From positions 233,742,001 to 233,806,000 of the forward strand of contig NC_086097.1 in the NCBI RefSeq assembly GCF_963921235.1: DNA of 64,000 nucleotides, written 5' to 3'. The position numbers and the translations under genes are program-made. Positions 52,801 to 62,678 of the stretch are shown piece by piece. Each line of letters begins with the position of its first letter. Position 1 is the stretch's first letter. The notes below the pieces were generated by a model that worked only from the letters and a program-made list of their open reading frames with translations, had not been told where the DNA came from and did not search any database. Source of the DNA: Mobula hypostoma (Eukaryota).

Positions 52801-53580
52801 GGAATCAGCAGAAGAACATCTAATAAGTTAGGGGTGTTTACAGTGGAGATGCTGGCAGTGTTGGTTGCGTTGCAATGGGTGCAGAAAGCCAGACAAGCCA
52901 AAGCATTGATATGTTCAGATTCGTCCTCAGTTCTAGCAAGTTTAAGGTCTTTTCACACAAACAGTCGGCAAGATGTACTTTATGAAGTCCTTCAGTTAGT
53001 TACAAGAATTGCAAATCAGGGAGGTCAGGTAAAATTTCTATGGGTTCCAGCACATGTAGGGGTGAAGGGGAATGAGAGGGTGGATGAGTTGGCAAAGAGG
53101 GCGTTAAAGAAAGAAAATGTGGAAATGCACATTAGTATCAGTAAAGCAGAGGTTAAGTATGTAATCTGGGAAAAAGTCAACGAAATGTGGGAAGAAAAAT
53201 GGGACAGGGAGGGGAAAGGGAGGCACTTATATCAAATACAAAAGAGTGTTGCAGTTACTAGGGTAGGTAATGGAAACAGAAGAGAGGAAATTGTGTGGAC
53301 TAGGTTAAGGCTGGGGCACTGAGCATTAAACAAAACATTGAAAATGATAGGGAAACACCAGACAGGATTGTGTGAGGAATGTCAGGAAGAGGAGTCAGTA
53401 GAACATGTAGTTCTGAGTTGCAGGAAGTATGGGATACAGAGAGAGATGATGAGAATCAAATTAAGGGAGTTGGGGATGCAGGAATTCACATTAGAAGGGT
53501 TGCTGGGCATGGGTGAGAGAGCACAAGTCCGGGTATTTTTAGTGTTTTTAAGGGGTACAGGGGTTTTTTATAGGATATGA
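49825..53580 (+). pseudogene. ORF2: APE endonuclease, reverse transcriptase, RNase H and C-terminal CCHC finger (disrupted)
   Basis: LQWNARSL, IQETWL, DFNAH, GSDHYP; YRPIALTS, FDIEKAYD, GTPQGSVISP, LFVDD; YTDG, E.LA, SDS, WVPAHVG..GNE.VD.LAK; CEEC...H....C. Frameshifts near 50835 and 52140; stops at 52100 and 53320. Confidence 0.93.
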
Positions 53581-53635
53581 CGGATAATCAGGAATAGGGT
53601 ACTAGGATGGTCAAAGATGGGAGGGTGAAGTGTAG

Positions 53636-53638
<3 letters not shown>

Positions 53639-53681
<43 letters not shown>
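53639..53681. repeat. (TG)16(CG)4 alternating purine-pyrimidine microsatellite in the Nimb-like 3' UTR
   Basis: Directly visible in the sequence. Confidence 0.95.
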
Positions 53682-53682
<1 letters not shown>

Positions 53683-53976
53683 ATTGCGTGAAGGGATTTG
53701 GAATATATGTCTAGTGCACATTCCGGAGCCGAGGGTGGCGGTAATGCACCATTAAGCTGGATGCCAACCGCCGTAAAACAAGATACAGACAGACAGACAG
53801 ATATTCCTGTAAACATGTTGTGAATGGTTTTGTTGTTTGACTTTGGCAGTGAGCCATTGTTTCATGTGTCAGTTTATTAGTATGGAGATTGTTTTCATCA
53901 TCTTTAGTTTTCACACCATATTTAGTTATCATATTTAGGACATGATGTCCTCAATGTGGATTATTAGAATTATTAT

Positions 53977-54831
53977 TGTGACGAGAATACACATAGAATT
54001 AAGATGTTTGCTGGCCTGGGTTAGCATCAGTGACATCAGCAAGTGGTCTGCCACCTGCCCTCAGGGGAAGGAGAGATAAAGAACAATGGAGCAGCGTCTG
54101 GAGATGTGTAATGAAGGGACGTGGGAGAGAGAGCTGTCTGGAGCGGCTCCCCCTTTGAACCCTGAACTGTTTGAAGTGGTGGACAGGCGATGCCCCAGCA
54201 GGGGGATAAAAAGGGACAGGTTCGCTAAGACAGACACACACGCCACCCGAGGTAACGAGACCCTGGAAGCGGTACGCTTCTCACGAGTTGGTGAGAAGTA
54301 CCAGACAACGGCCAGGGTGGAAAGGTACGATCAGCAGGAACCCGGTGTGTGTCCGCCCTTGCCTGGGTGCCGGGTTCACTGCAGAGGATCGACCGCATCT
54401 GGAGGAGGGGTCACAGTCGGTGACCTCAGGTGACATCACCAAGGACCCTCCCAAAAGTTGCTTGTGAGCCATCTCGCCGGTCTGTGAGTGAAGCCGTGTA
54501 TGAATAGTTGTTCCTGTTCTCTCTCTCTCCCCGCATGTTGTCCATCGCCATGGCAACGATTACTGCTAACTGAACTACTAAACTGGAATGAACTTTGAGT
54601 CACTTTGAAATTTGGTCATTTACCCCTAGACAACGATAGAGCTTGATTGATGCTGTTATCTTAATTCTGTGCACATGTGTGGTTATCATTGCTGAACTGT
54701 TGCATTTATTATCCTTTCGATTACTGTGTTGCTTATTTCTTTAATAAAACTTTCTTAGTTCTAGTACTCCAGACTCCAACTGAGTGATCCATTTCTGCTG
54801 GTTTGGCAACCCAGTTACGGGGTACGTAACA
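53977..54831 (+). repeat. Solo LTR (855 bp), Gypsy-type, 4-bp TSD
   Basis: TGTGACG...CGTAACA termini (6/7 inverted); TTAT at 53973-53976 and 54832-54835; GATAAAA TATA-like motif at ~54205 and AATAAA at ~54743. Confidence 0.85.
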
Positions 54832-55399
54832 TTATAGTCAGAGGTAAAATAAATTGAGAGAAAAATGCATTTCATACATGAACAGTTTTCATTTGCTTGT
54901 CTCAGAACAGTGACAGTAATGAAGATAAGATGGAATATATTCAGATGGTATTAAAATGACATTTTTATTAGTGCTTGTCATGGACAACTGTCAAAACACT
55001 GGAAGAGTAGTTGAGACAAATCCATTTCTCAAAAAGCCACATTTTCACTGTTGCCCATTTCAAAAGTTCAAAGTTCAAAGTAAAGTTGGTATCACTATAT
55101 ATATGTCACCATTTAAACCTTGAGATTCATTTTCTTGTGGGCATACTCAATAAATCCAATAACCATAGTAGAATCAATGAAATGCCCCACTGACAGGGGA
55201 GATAACCAGTGCGCAAAAGACAACAAACTATGCAAATGCAAAAATAAATTAAAATAAATAAACAAACAAATAAATAAATAATGAATAGACGAAGACTTCT
55301 TGAAAGTGAGTCCATAGGTTGTGGTAACATTTCAACAATGGGGCAAGTGAAGTTGAGAGAAATTATCCCCTTTGGTTCAGGAGCCTGATGATTGAAGGG

Positions 55400-56625
55400 T
55401 ACGTTTGAATGCTGTTCATAGACTTCAGTTCAGCATTTAACACAATCATTCCTCAGAAACTAATTGAAAAGCTGAGCCTACTGGGCTTGAACTCCTCCCT
55501 CTGCAACTGGATCCTAGACCTCCTGACTGGGAGACCTCAGTCAGTCCGGATCGGGAGCAGCATCTCCAACACCATCACACTGAGCACGGGGGTCCCCCAG
55601 GGCTGTGTGCTCAGACCACTGTTGTTCACTCTGCTGACCCACGACTGTGCTGCAACACACAGCTCGAATCACATCATCAAGTTCGCCGATGACACGACCG
55701 TGGTGGGTCTCATCAGCAAGAACGATGAGTCAGCATACAGAGAGGAGGTGCAGCAGCTAACGGACTGGTGCAGAGCCAACAACCTGTCTCTGAATGTGAA
55801 CAAAACAAAAGAGATGGTTGTTGACTTCAGGAGGACATGGAACGACCACTCTCCGCTGAACATCGACAACTCCTCCGTAGAGATAGTTAAGAGCACCAAA
55901 TTTCTTGGTGTTCACCTGGCAGAGAATCTCACCTGGTCCCTCAACACCAGCTCCATAGCAAAGAAAGCCCAGCAGCATCTCTGTTTTCTGCGAAGGCTGA
56001 GAAAAGTCCATCTCCCACCCCCCATCCTCACCACATTCTACAGAGGTTGTATTGAGAGCATCCTGAGCAGCTGCATCACTGCCTGGTTCGAAAATTGCAC
56101 CATCTTGAAACCCAAGACCCTGCAGCGGATAGTGAGGTCAGCTGGGAAGATCATCGGGGTGTCTCTTCCCACCATTAGAGATATTTACACCACACGCTGC
56201 ATCCGTAAAGCAAACAGCATTATGAAGGACCCCACACACCCCCCGTACAAACTCTTCTCCCTCCTGCCAGATGGCAAAAGGCACCGAAGCATTCAGACTC
56301 TCACGACCAGACTATGTAACAGATTCTTCCCCCAGGTCATCAGACTCCTCGATACCCAGAGCCTGGACTGACACCAACCTACTGCCCTCTACTGTGCCTA
56401 TTGTCTTGTTTATTATTTATTGTAATGCCTGCACTGTTTCGTGCACTTTATGCAGTCCTGGGTAGATCTGTAGTCTAGTGTAGTTTTGTGTTGTTTTACG
56501 TAGTTCAGTGTAATTTTTTTATTGTTCATGTAGCACCATGGTCCTGAAAAACATTGTCTCATTTTTACTGTGTACTGTACCAGCAGTTATGGTCGAAATG
56601 ACAATAAAAAGTGACTTGACTTGTC
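55400..56625 (+). mobile_element. Young 5'-truncated Rex1/Babar LINE nested in an older minus-strand Rex fragment (~55060-56990)
   Basis: Uninterrupted 320-aa frame; 3' end AATAAA plus (GACTT)n; the host repeat resumes on both sides. Confidence 0.92.
55409..56371 (+). CDS. Rex1/Babar reverse transcriptase C-terminal half (transposon ORF, 5'-truncated)
   Basis: [57 protein letters not shown]. Confidence 0.85.
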   Translation: MLFIDFSSAFNTIIPQKLIEKLSLLGLNSSLCNWILDLLTGRPQSVRIGSSISNTITLSTGVPQGCVLRPLLFTLLTHDCAATHSSNHIIKFADDTTVVGLISKNDESAYREEVQQLTDWCRANNLSLNVNKTKEMVVDFRRTWNDHSPLNIDNSSVEIVKSTKFLGVHLAENLTWSLNTSSIAKKAQQHLCFLRRLRKVHLPPPILTTFYRGCIESILSSCITAWFENCTILKPKTLQRIVRSAGKIIGVSLPTIRDIYTTRCIRKANSIMKDPTHPPYKLFSLLPDGKRHRSIQTLTTRLCNRFFPQVIRLLDTQSLD

Positions 56626-57832
56626 TTGTAATAACTGTTCCTGAATCGGGCAGAGTTAGTCATGAGGCTCCTGTACCTACTTCCTGATGGCAGCAGTGAG
56701 AAAAGAAAAGAACATTGATCTGGCCTATGACAGTGGTATCGTCAGCAAACTTAAATAATTTGACATTGGAGCTGTGCTTGGCCACATAGTCATGTGTAAA
56801 GTGAGTAGAACAGGGAGCTAAGCACGCAGCTTTGTGGTGCAGCTGTGCTGATAGAGATTGTGGAGGAGATGTTTTTGTCAATCCAATCAGAATGGGGTCC
56901 GCAAGTAAGGAAATCAAGGATTCAATTGCATAAAGAGGTATTGAGGCCAAGACCTTGAAGCCTATTGATTAGTTTTGAGAGGATCATAGTAGCAAAAAGA
57001 AAATAAACATTAGAAAATGCGCAACCATCCCGTCATCTGTTTACTCCCTTACTGAAATCAATGGCAGTAAAACGAAAAGGGATGTCGAGTTGGTGGCTGA
57101 TAATATAGTGTATTTTACATATTTTGATGAATTTCTGTCTCCTATTGTTCTGATACATAAATTGTGCTTAGGAAAATACAGCTCCTAAAACAGCCAGTTA
57201 ATCAGAGTAAATTTATTATCAAAGTACCATGTACTATATTTGTCACACTGAGATTTATTTTCTTGCAGGCATTTACAGGAAAATAAAGAAATACAAAATA
57301 ATTTATGAAAACTATAAATAACAAAGACTGAGAAATAACCAATGTGCAAAAGAAGACGAATCATGTAAATAATATTAATTATAAAAAAGAAATGAATATT
57401 AGAGTTGCAGAGTTCCTGAAGGTCAGTTTATCAGTTGTGGAATCACTTCATCACTGAGCTGAGTGAAATTATCCCAATGGTTCAGGAGCCCGATGGTTGT
57501 AGGGTAATAACTGTTCTTGAACCTGGTGATGTGGTGTGGGATTTAAGGTGGAGATAGAAATAGATCAGCCAACTGGCCTGATTTTGCTTCTGTGTGATTA
57601 TGATGAATATTAAAAAGATTGAGGAACGAAGGAATATGGGAAACTAGCACAGGAAAGAAGCTGGGGACAGCATGGAACAGCCATGAACTTATTGAATAAC
57701 AGGCCAAGGTTGAGGGGTCTGGTAAACTATTCCTGCTCTTCTTTTTTAATGTTCTTATTTCTGGTGTGGAGCTGGGAAGAGGTAGCTGCTGCTTGCAACC
57801 CCAGATCTAGTGAAATAATAGACCTAGTTTTA

Positions 57833-58445
57833 TACATTCAATGACGGTTTTATTAGGTAACTTCTGTACCTAACAAAGTGGCCACTGAGTATATATTTAT
57901 GGCCTTCTGCTGCTGTAGCCCATCCACTTCAGTGTTTGAGGTGTTGTGCATTCAGAGATGCTCTTCTGCACTGTTGTAATGTGTGATTATTTGAATTACT
58001 GTTGCCTTCCTGTAGGCTTGAACCTGTTTGGCCATTCTCCTCTGACCTTTGTCATTAACAATGTGCGTTCACCCACGGAACCGTCACTCACTCTATTTTT
58101 TTTCTCATACCATTCTTTGTAAACTCTTCAAACTGTTGTACGTGAAAATCCCGGGAGATTAGCATTTTCTAGTATACTGTACTTAAACCACTCCGTCCGG
58201 CACAAACGGTCATTCCACGGTCAAAACACTTAGATTACATTTCTTCCCCGTTCTAGTGTTTGGTCTGAACAATAATTGAATGTCTAGACCATGTTTTTAT
58301 GCATTGAGTTGCTGCCACATTATATCTAATAATCTAAATGTACTGTAATAATCCGGTACATCTGCTTGTTAATGAAAGTTTCAGCTGGTGATTAGATATT
58401 TTCATTAACGAGCAGGTGTACCCAATAAAGTGGTTCTTGAGTGTA
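57833..58445 (-). mobile_element. Tc1-derived non-autonomous element with a palindromic double TIR at its left end
   Basis: TACATTCAATGACGGTTTTATTAGGTA...TACCTAACAAAGTGGCCACTGAGTATA at left; right end CAATAAAGTGGTTCTTGAGTGTA. Confidence 0.8.
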
Positions 58446-58984
58446 ATGATGAGCGAATATGAGCTATTTAATAGTCAGGCAGCAATTAATTAAGTTCTCT
58501 CAATAATTCAGGGCCAGTGACAATTGTTTTCAGAGTTCACCAGTTTCAGGAAATGACTCTCATACAGGAGTCATGTCCTTAATGGCACATGACCCAGTGA
58601 TTCAATTTACACCTTCTAACAAAATGTTTCTTCTCAATATGATCAGGAAAATATATGGATTCTCTGAATTTTGACATTACCAAACTACTTACCTGCAGTG
58701 TATTTAGTTTAAATAGATTGCTATGCCAGCATTGGGAGAGTCACATGAGTACCTGAAGCCCTTTGCTAAGGGTGGCAGATATAGTAAGTTAATTCTACTA
58801 TGCAAACTGGCAGCACCAGCAAGATCCAGACAATAGTTGTACTGGTCACTATTTCACGACCCACCATCTCAAAATTCAATACCACAGGGCAAAAAAACAT
58901 TTGGTGTATATTGCTTTAGACTTCCAGAATCTGCAGGTTTTCCCATGTTTGTGATTTGTCTTCTTTACCACCAACTCAACCTAT

Positions 58985-59990
58985 AAGTTAACATTTAGGA
59001 AATTCTGATTTTTGAATTTTTGAATTTTCTCCCCGTTTAGAAAATAGTCTACACATTTATTCCTTCTACAAAAGTGTATGATCATACAGTTCCCTGCACT
59101 ATATTCCATCTGCCATATGTTTTCCCATTTTCCCAATCTGTCTAAACCCTTCTGTGGCAAAATTATTGCCGTGATGAGTCTAGTGTGGTAGTGTAGTGGG
59201 TCGTGCTTGTCGTTCTTACTTTCAGCTTCCATCGCTGGCTAGCAGTCTTGCTAAATGGAGAGTTGAATGTGTGTAAGTCTCTCCCTGCCAGTACATAGTA
59301 TCTCCAACAGCAAGCCTCATGAAGTTCCACTTTGCTGGTGACACACTGAAATTGAACTCCTTTTGGATTCAGGCTGAGCTACAGAGGATGGGGAGGAGGT
59401 CTGGCTCCCGCACATGCAGAAAGCAGGCTCACAAGTGTGTGGACATGCCCTAGTGCTCATGAACGAGATCTCTATCTATGGGTAAATAGCCCCACTGCCT
59501 TGTGTGCAGCCTCAGGAGAGACGAAGGTTATGGGAGTAAACCCAGACAGCAAATCCAGAGTGGAGACCCTCGGGTGACGGGACGTCACTGAACATCCTTC
59601 TGGCAGATCCTGCAGCCAAGCTGGTGCAAAACGTATTGCTTTATAAGCTATTCTTTGGACTACACTGGTGAAGCCAAGAAGGGGATCTTGACGACTTGGC
59701 ATCTCATGATCTCCATACCTTCTGTTCAAGCTTGAAATAATGACAATTATCACCCATTGACCGATAAGACAGATGGATGCCAACCTATGTCCATCTGCAG
59801 CCTCCTGCTTCCTCAAAACTACCTGCGCTTCCACCTATCTTCATATCATCCACAAACTTGGCCAGAAAGCCATCAATTCCATCATCCAAATCATTGAGAT
59901 ATAACATGAAAAGAAATGGTCTCAACACAGACCCCTGTGGAATGCCACTAGTCACCAGCAGCCAACCAGAAAAGCCTCCCTTTATTCCCA
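58985..59990 (-). mobile_element. CR1 RT fragment interrupted by an RTE-related insertion
   Basis: VTSGIPQGSVLRPFLF.LY.NDLD...KFVDDMKIGG on the right and LDRLGKW...WQMEY...C.IIHF on the left. Confidence 0.85.
59165..59786 (+). mobile_element. RTE-related non-autonomous element (structured 5'-derived body and RTE 3' tail)
   Basis: Ends CACCCATTGACCGATAAGACAGATGGATGCCAAC, an RTE-type terminus. Degenerate ~17-bp flank duplication CTAAACCCTTCTGTGGC / CTATGTCCATCTGCAGC. Confidence 0.6.
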
Positions 59991-60989
59991 AATATCTTAT
60001 AACAAATGTTTGTACTACATAATTCCACATTTATTTTGATTGCAAAGAGAAAGCATGGCATGTAGTGATAAGACTTGAAATTTGGAAACTAAACTTCGAT
60101 TATAAATGTACTTTGAACTTTGAACTCTCAAACTGCTATCATCATGATTGCAATTTACTGTTCCATGGGACAAATGTCTTCAGTTTCAGCAGCATTTGCT
60201 TGTCTCTGGTAAAAAAAATGTGTAGAAATTAGACTAGCTCCTTCCTTTGAAAATCTTAATAAAGTAAATTAAAATGAAACAAACGCTAAATGATATGCAC
60301 AAAGTCAATAGCATCTTGCCTTGTGAAACAAAAGAGTAATCCTTACAAAGTTATTCTTCAATCCACCTGCTTCACTAGTAAAATGAAATGAAGTTTTATT
60401 CTTTCCTTGCATGGACTGTGACACTGTCCAGCAGTGAAATTTGAATTGTTGTCAGCTATTGAAGCTTCTAATCCCTTAAGAAAATATCTGCATCCTGGAA
60501 CTGCTGAATCATCCTGAAGAAATAATTAAGAAATTTAACTGTAAATTGTTGATGACCATTTAAACCTACTAGCGTGAGTGTTTTTAATGCTGCTGAAGGG
60601 ATGTTCAATTGTGCATTGCTTTAAAAGATATAAACAAAATGACTGAGCTTCTGTTACACAGTAATTAACATCATGATATCTCTTTGCTTCATACTTTCAA
60701 CAGATGAACATGGTCTTATCAGTTCATCAGCGTGTCAGCAACTGACCTCTGCTTCTAAACCTTCCTTTGGACATCACAAATAGGTTAAGCCCAATTTCAC
60801 TTTCAGTGTCTCCAACAGCCTAAAGTCAAGATTTTAAAATTAAGATAGAACTTTGAACAACAAGTTGTAGGGCTTGGACCAGGAAATAGAGCTGAAACTA
60901 CTGTATAAAACAGTATTAACTTGAGGAATGGTAGAGCCAGCTTGAGGGACTAAATGGCCTACCTCTCCTACTATTTCCTGTGCTCTTTT

Positions 60990-61890
60990 GTTCAAAGTTC
61001 AAATTAAGATTTATTATCAGAGTTCATAAATGTCACCACATGCAACCCCGAGATTCTTTTTCTGCAGTCATAATTAGCAAAGTTATAGAACGGTAACTGT
61101 AAATAGGATCCATAAACTGCAAACAAACTGTGCAAATCCAGATAATAAATAAATAGCAATAAATAATGAGCATGAAATAACAAGATAAAAGAGACTTTAA
61201 ATGATTGTGGTTATCCCCTTTTGTTCAAGAGCCTGATGGTTGAGGGTTAGTAACTGCTCTTGAACCTGGTGGTGTGAATCCTAAGGCTCTTGTACCTTCT
61301 ACCTGTGAGAAAAACAGTGGGAAAAGAACTTGGCCTGGGTGGTGAGGATCTTTGATGAAGGATGCTGCATTGCTACGGCAACAATTCATGTAGATACGCT
61401 CAATAACTGGAAAAGTTTTACCCGTAATGTACTGCGCAAAATCCATTGTCGGATTTTCTGCTCACAGATATTGGTGTTCCCATACCAGGCAATAATGCAG
61501 CCAGTCAGCACACTTTCCACCACACACATATAGAAGTTTGCTGAGGTTTTTGATGACGCCTGAGGAAGTGGAGGCGTTGTCATGCTTTCTTCGCAATTAT
61601 GTTTATATAATGAGTCTAGGACAGGTCATCTGAGATAGTGACAACCAGGAACTTAAATTTACTGACCCTCTCCACCTCTGAAGCGCAAATGATTCCTGGC
61701 TCATGGACCTCTGGTTTCCCTCTCCTAAAGTCTACAGTTCCTAGGTCTTATTGACATTGACATTGCTGATATTGCGCCACTCTGACAAATTTTCAGCCAT
61801 CCCCTTTGATACAGCCCACTACAGTGGTGTCATCAGCAAACTTGTGTATGATGTCGGAGTTGTACTTAGCCACACAGTCATAGGTGTAAA
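60990..61890 (-). mobile_element. Rex1/Babar 3' fragment, decayed
   Basis: Minus NFY.CVVESVLTGCIIAWYG, IKDPHHPG..LF; TTCAAAG-repeat tail on plus. Confidence 0.8.
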
Positions 61891-62421
61891 GCAAGCTGAA
61901 CTGAATGCTGCTGAAGGACATAATTCTTCTGCTGTTCAGTACATGATCTAAGGGATCTTTTGGTATTAGAATTGGTTTATTATTGTCACCTGCACCAAGA
62001 TACAGTGAAAAACATGTATTATATGATGTTTATGCAAATCAAGTCACTACACTGTACATTGAGCTAGAATGGGGTAAAACACTAACAATGCAGAATAAAG
62101 TGTAAAAGCTACTGAGAAAGTGCTGTTCAGGTAAACGATAATTGCAAAATCATAACAAGACAGATTCTGAGGCCAAGAGTCCATGTTATCATACAAGAGT
62201 CTGATAACAATGGGATAGAAGCTGTTCTGGAGCCTGGTAGCATGTGCTTTCGTGCTTTTGTATCTTCTGCCTGATGGGAGAGAGGTTGGAGGGAAGAGAG
62301 AATGTATGAGGTCTTTGATTATGCTGGCTGATTTAATGAGGTAGTGAAAAGTATAGTTGGAATCCACAGAGGGGATGCTGGTTCATATGATGTACTGAAC
62401 TGTGTCCACAGTTCTCAGCAG

Positions 62422-62678
62422 CTCGTAGGATGGGGGAAGAGGGAGAATGAGCCTCTTGTTGGATTTGGAGTAGGCGAGAGGAGGGGAGCTGGAAGCCAGG
62501 AGCAGACGGGCAGTGATTTGGCCACCACTGCCGGCCCACCAACTGGAGAGTGTCGTGGTTAAGGGTCGAAACACTCGGTGAAGGTTGGGAACCACCTGAT
62601 GACATCTGCTCCTGGCTGAAGGCTACGGTTACTTTATAAGGTAACTAGAGATTGCACCCTAATGAGTGTACGTAACAA
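62422..62678 (+). mobile_element. 257-bp structured insert of unknown family, flanked by a ~62-bp direct duplication of host sequence
   Basis: Flanks 62359-62421 and 62679-62739 are near-identical. The insert has several hairpins and ends GTACGTAACA, an LTR-like terminus. Confidence 0.75.
62548..62607 (+). ncRNA. Candidate non-circularly permuted (pseudoknot-type) hammerhead ribozyme
   Basis: GAGTGT-C(62554)-GTGGTT, AA, GGGTC-GAA-ACACTC, a 13-nt linker, AACCAC-CTGATGA-CATCT. Stems I and III are perfect 6-bp helices; stem II has 4 pairs (2 G-U) plus a C-C at 10.1/11.1. Confidence 0.65.

Larger units (their letters stand above)
48401..53798 (+). mobile_element. Apparently full-length I-clade (Nimb-like) non-LTR retrotransposon with RNase H
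   Basis: TSD AGATATTC(T/C)TGTAA at 48387-48400 and 53799-53812; two ORFs; (CAGA)n tail; 3' UTR GGTGGCGGTAATGCACC stem-loop. Confidence 0.92.

Noticed and set aside
60704..60783. Possible plus-strand terminal exon after TTTCAACAG (DEHGLISSSACQQLTSASKPSFGHHK*)
   Set aside because: Only an acceptor-like motif is present, with no recognisable homology or linked exons.
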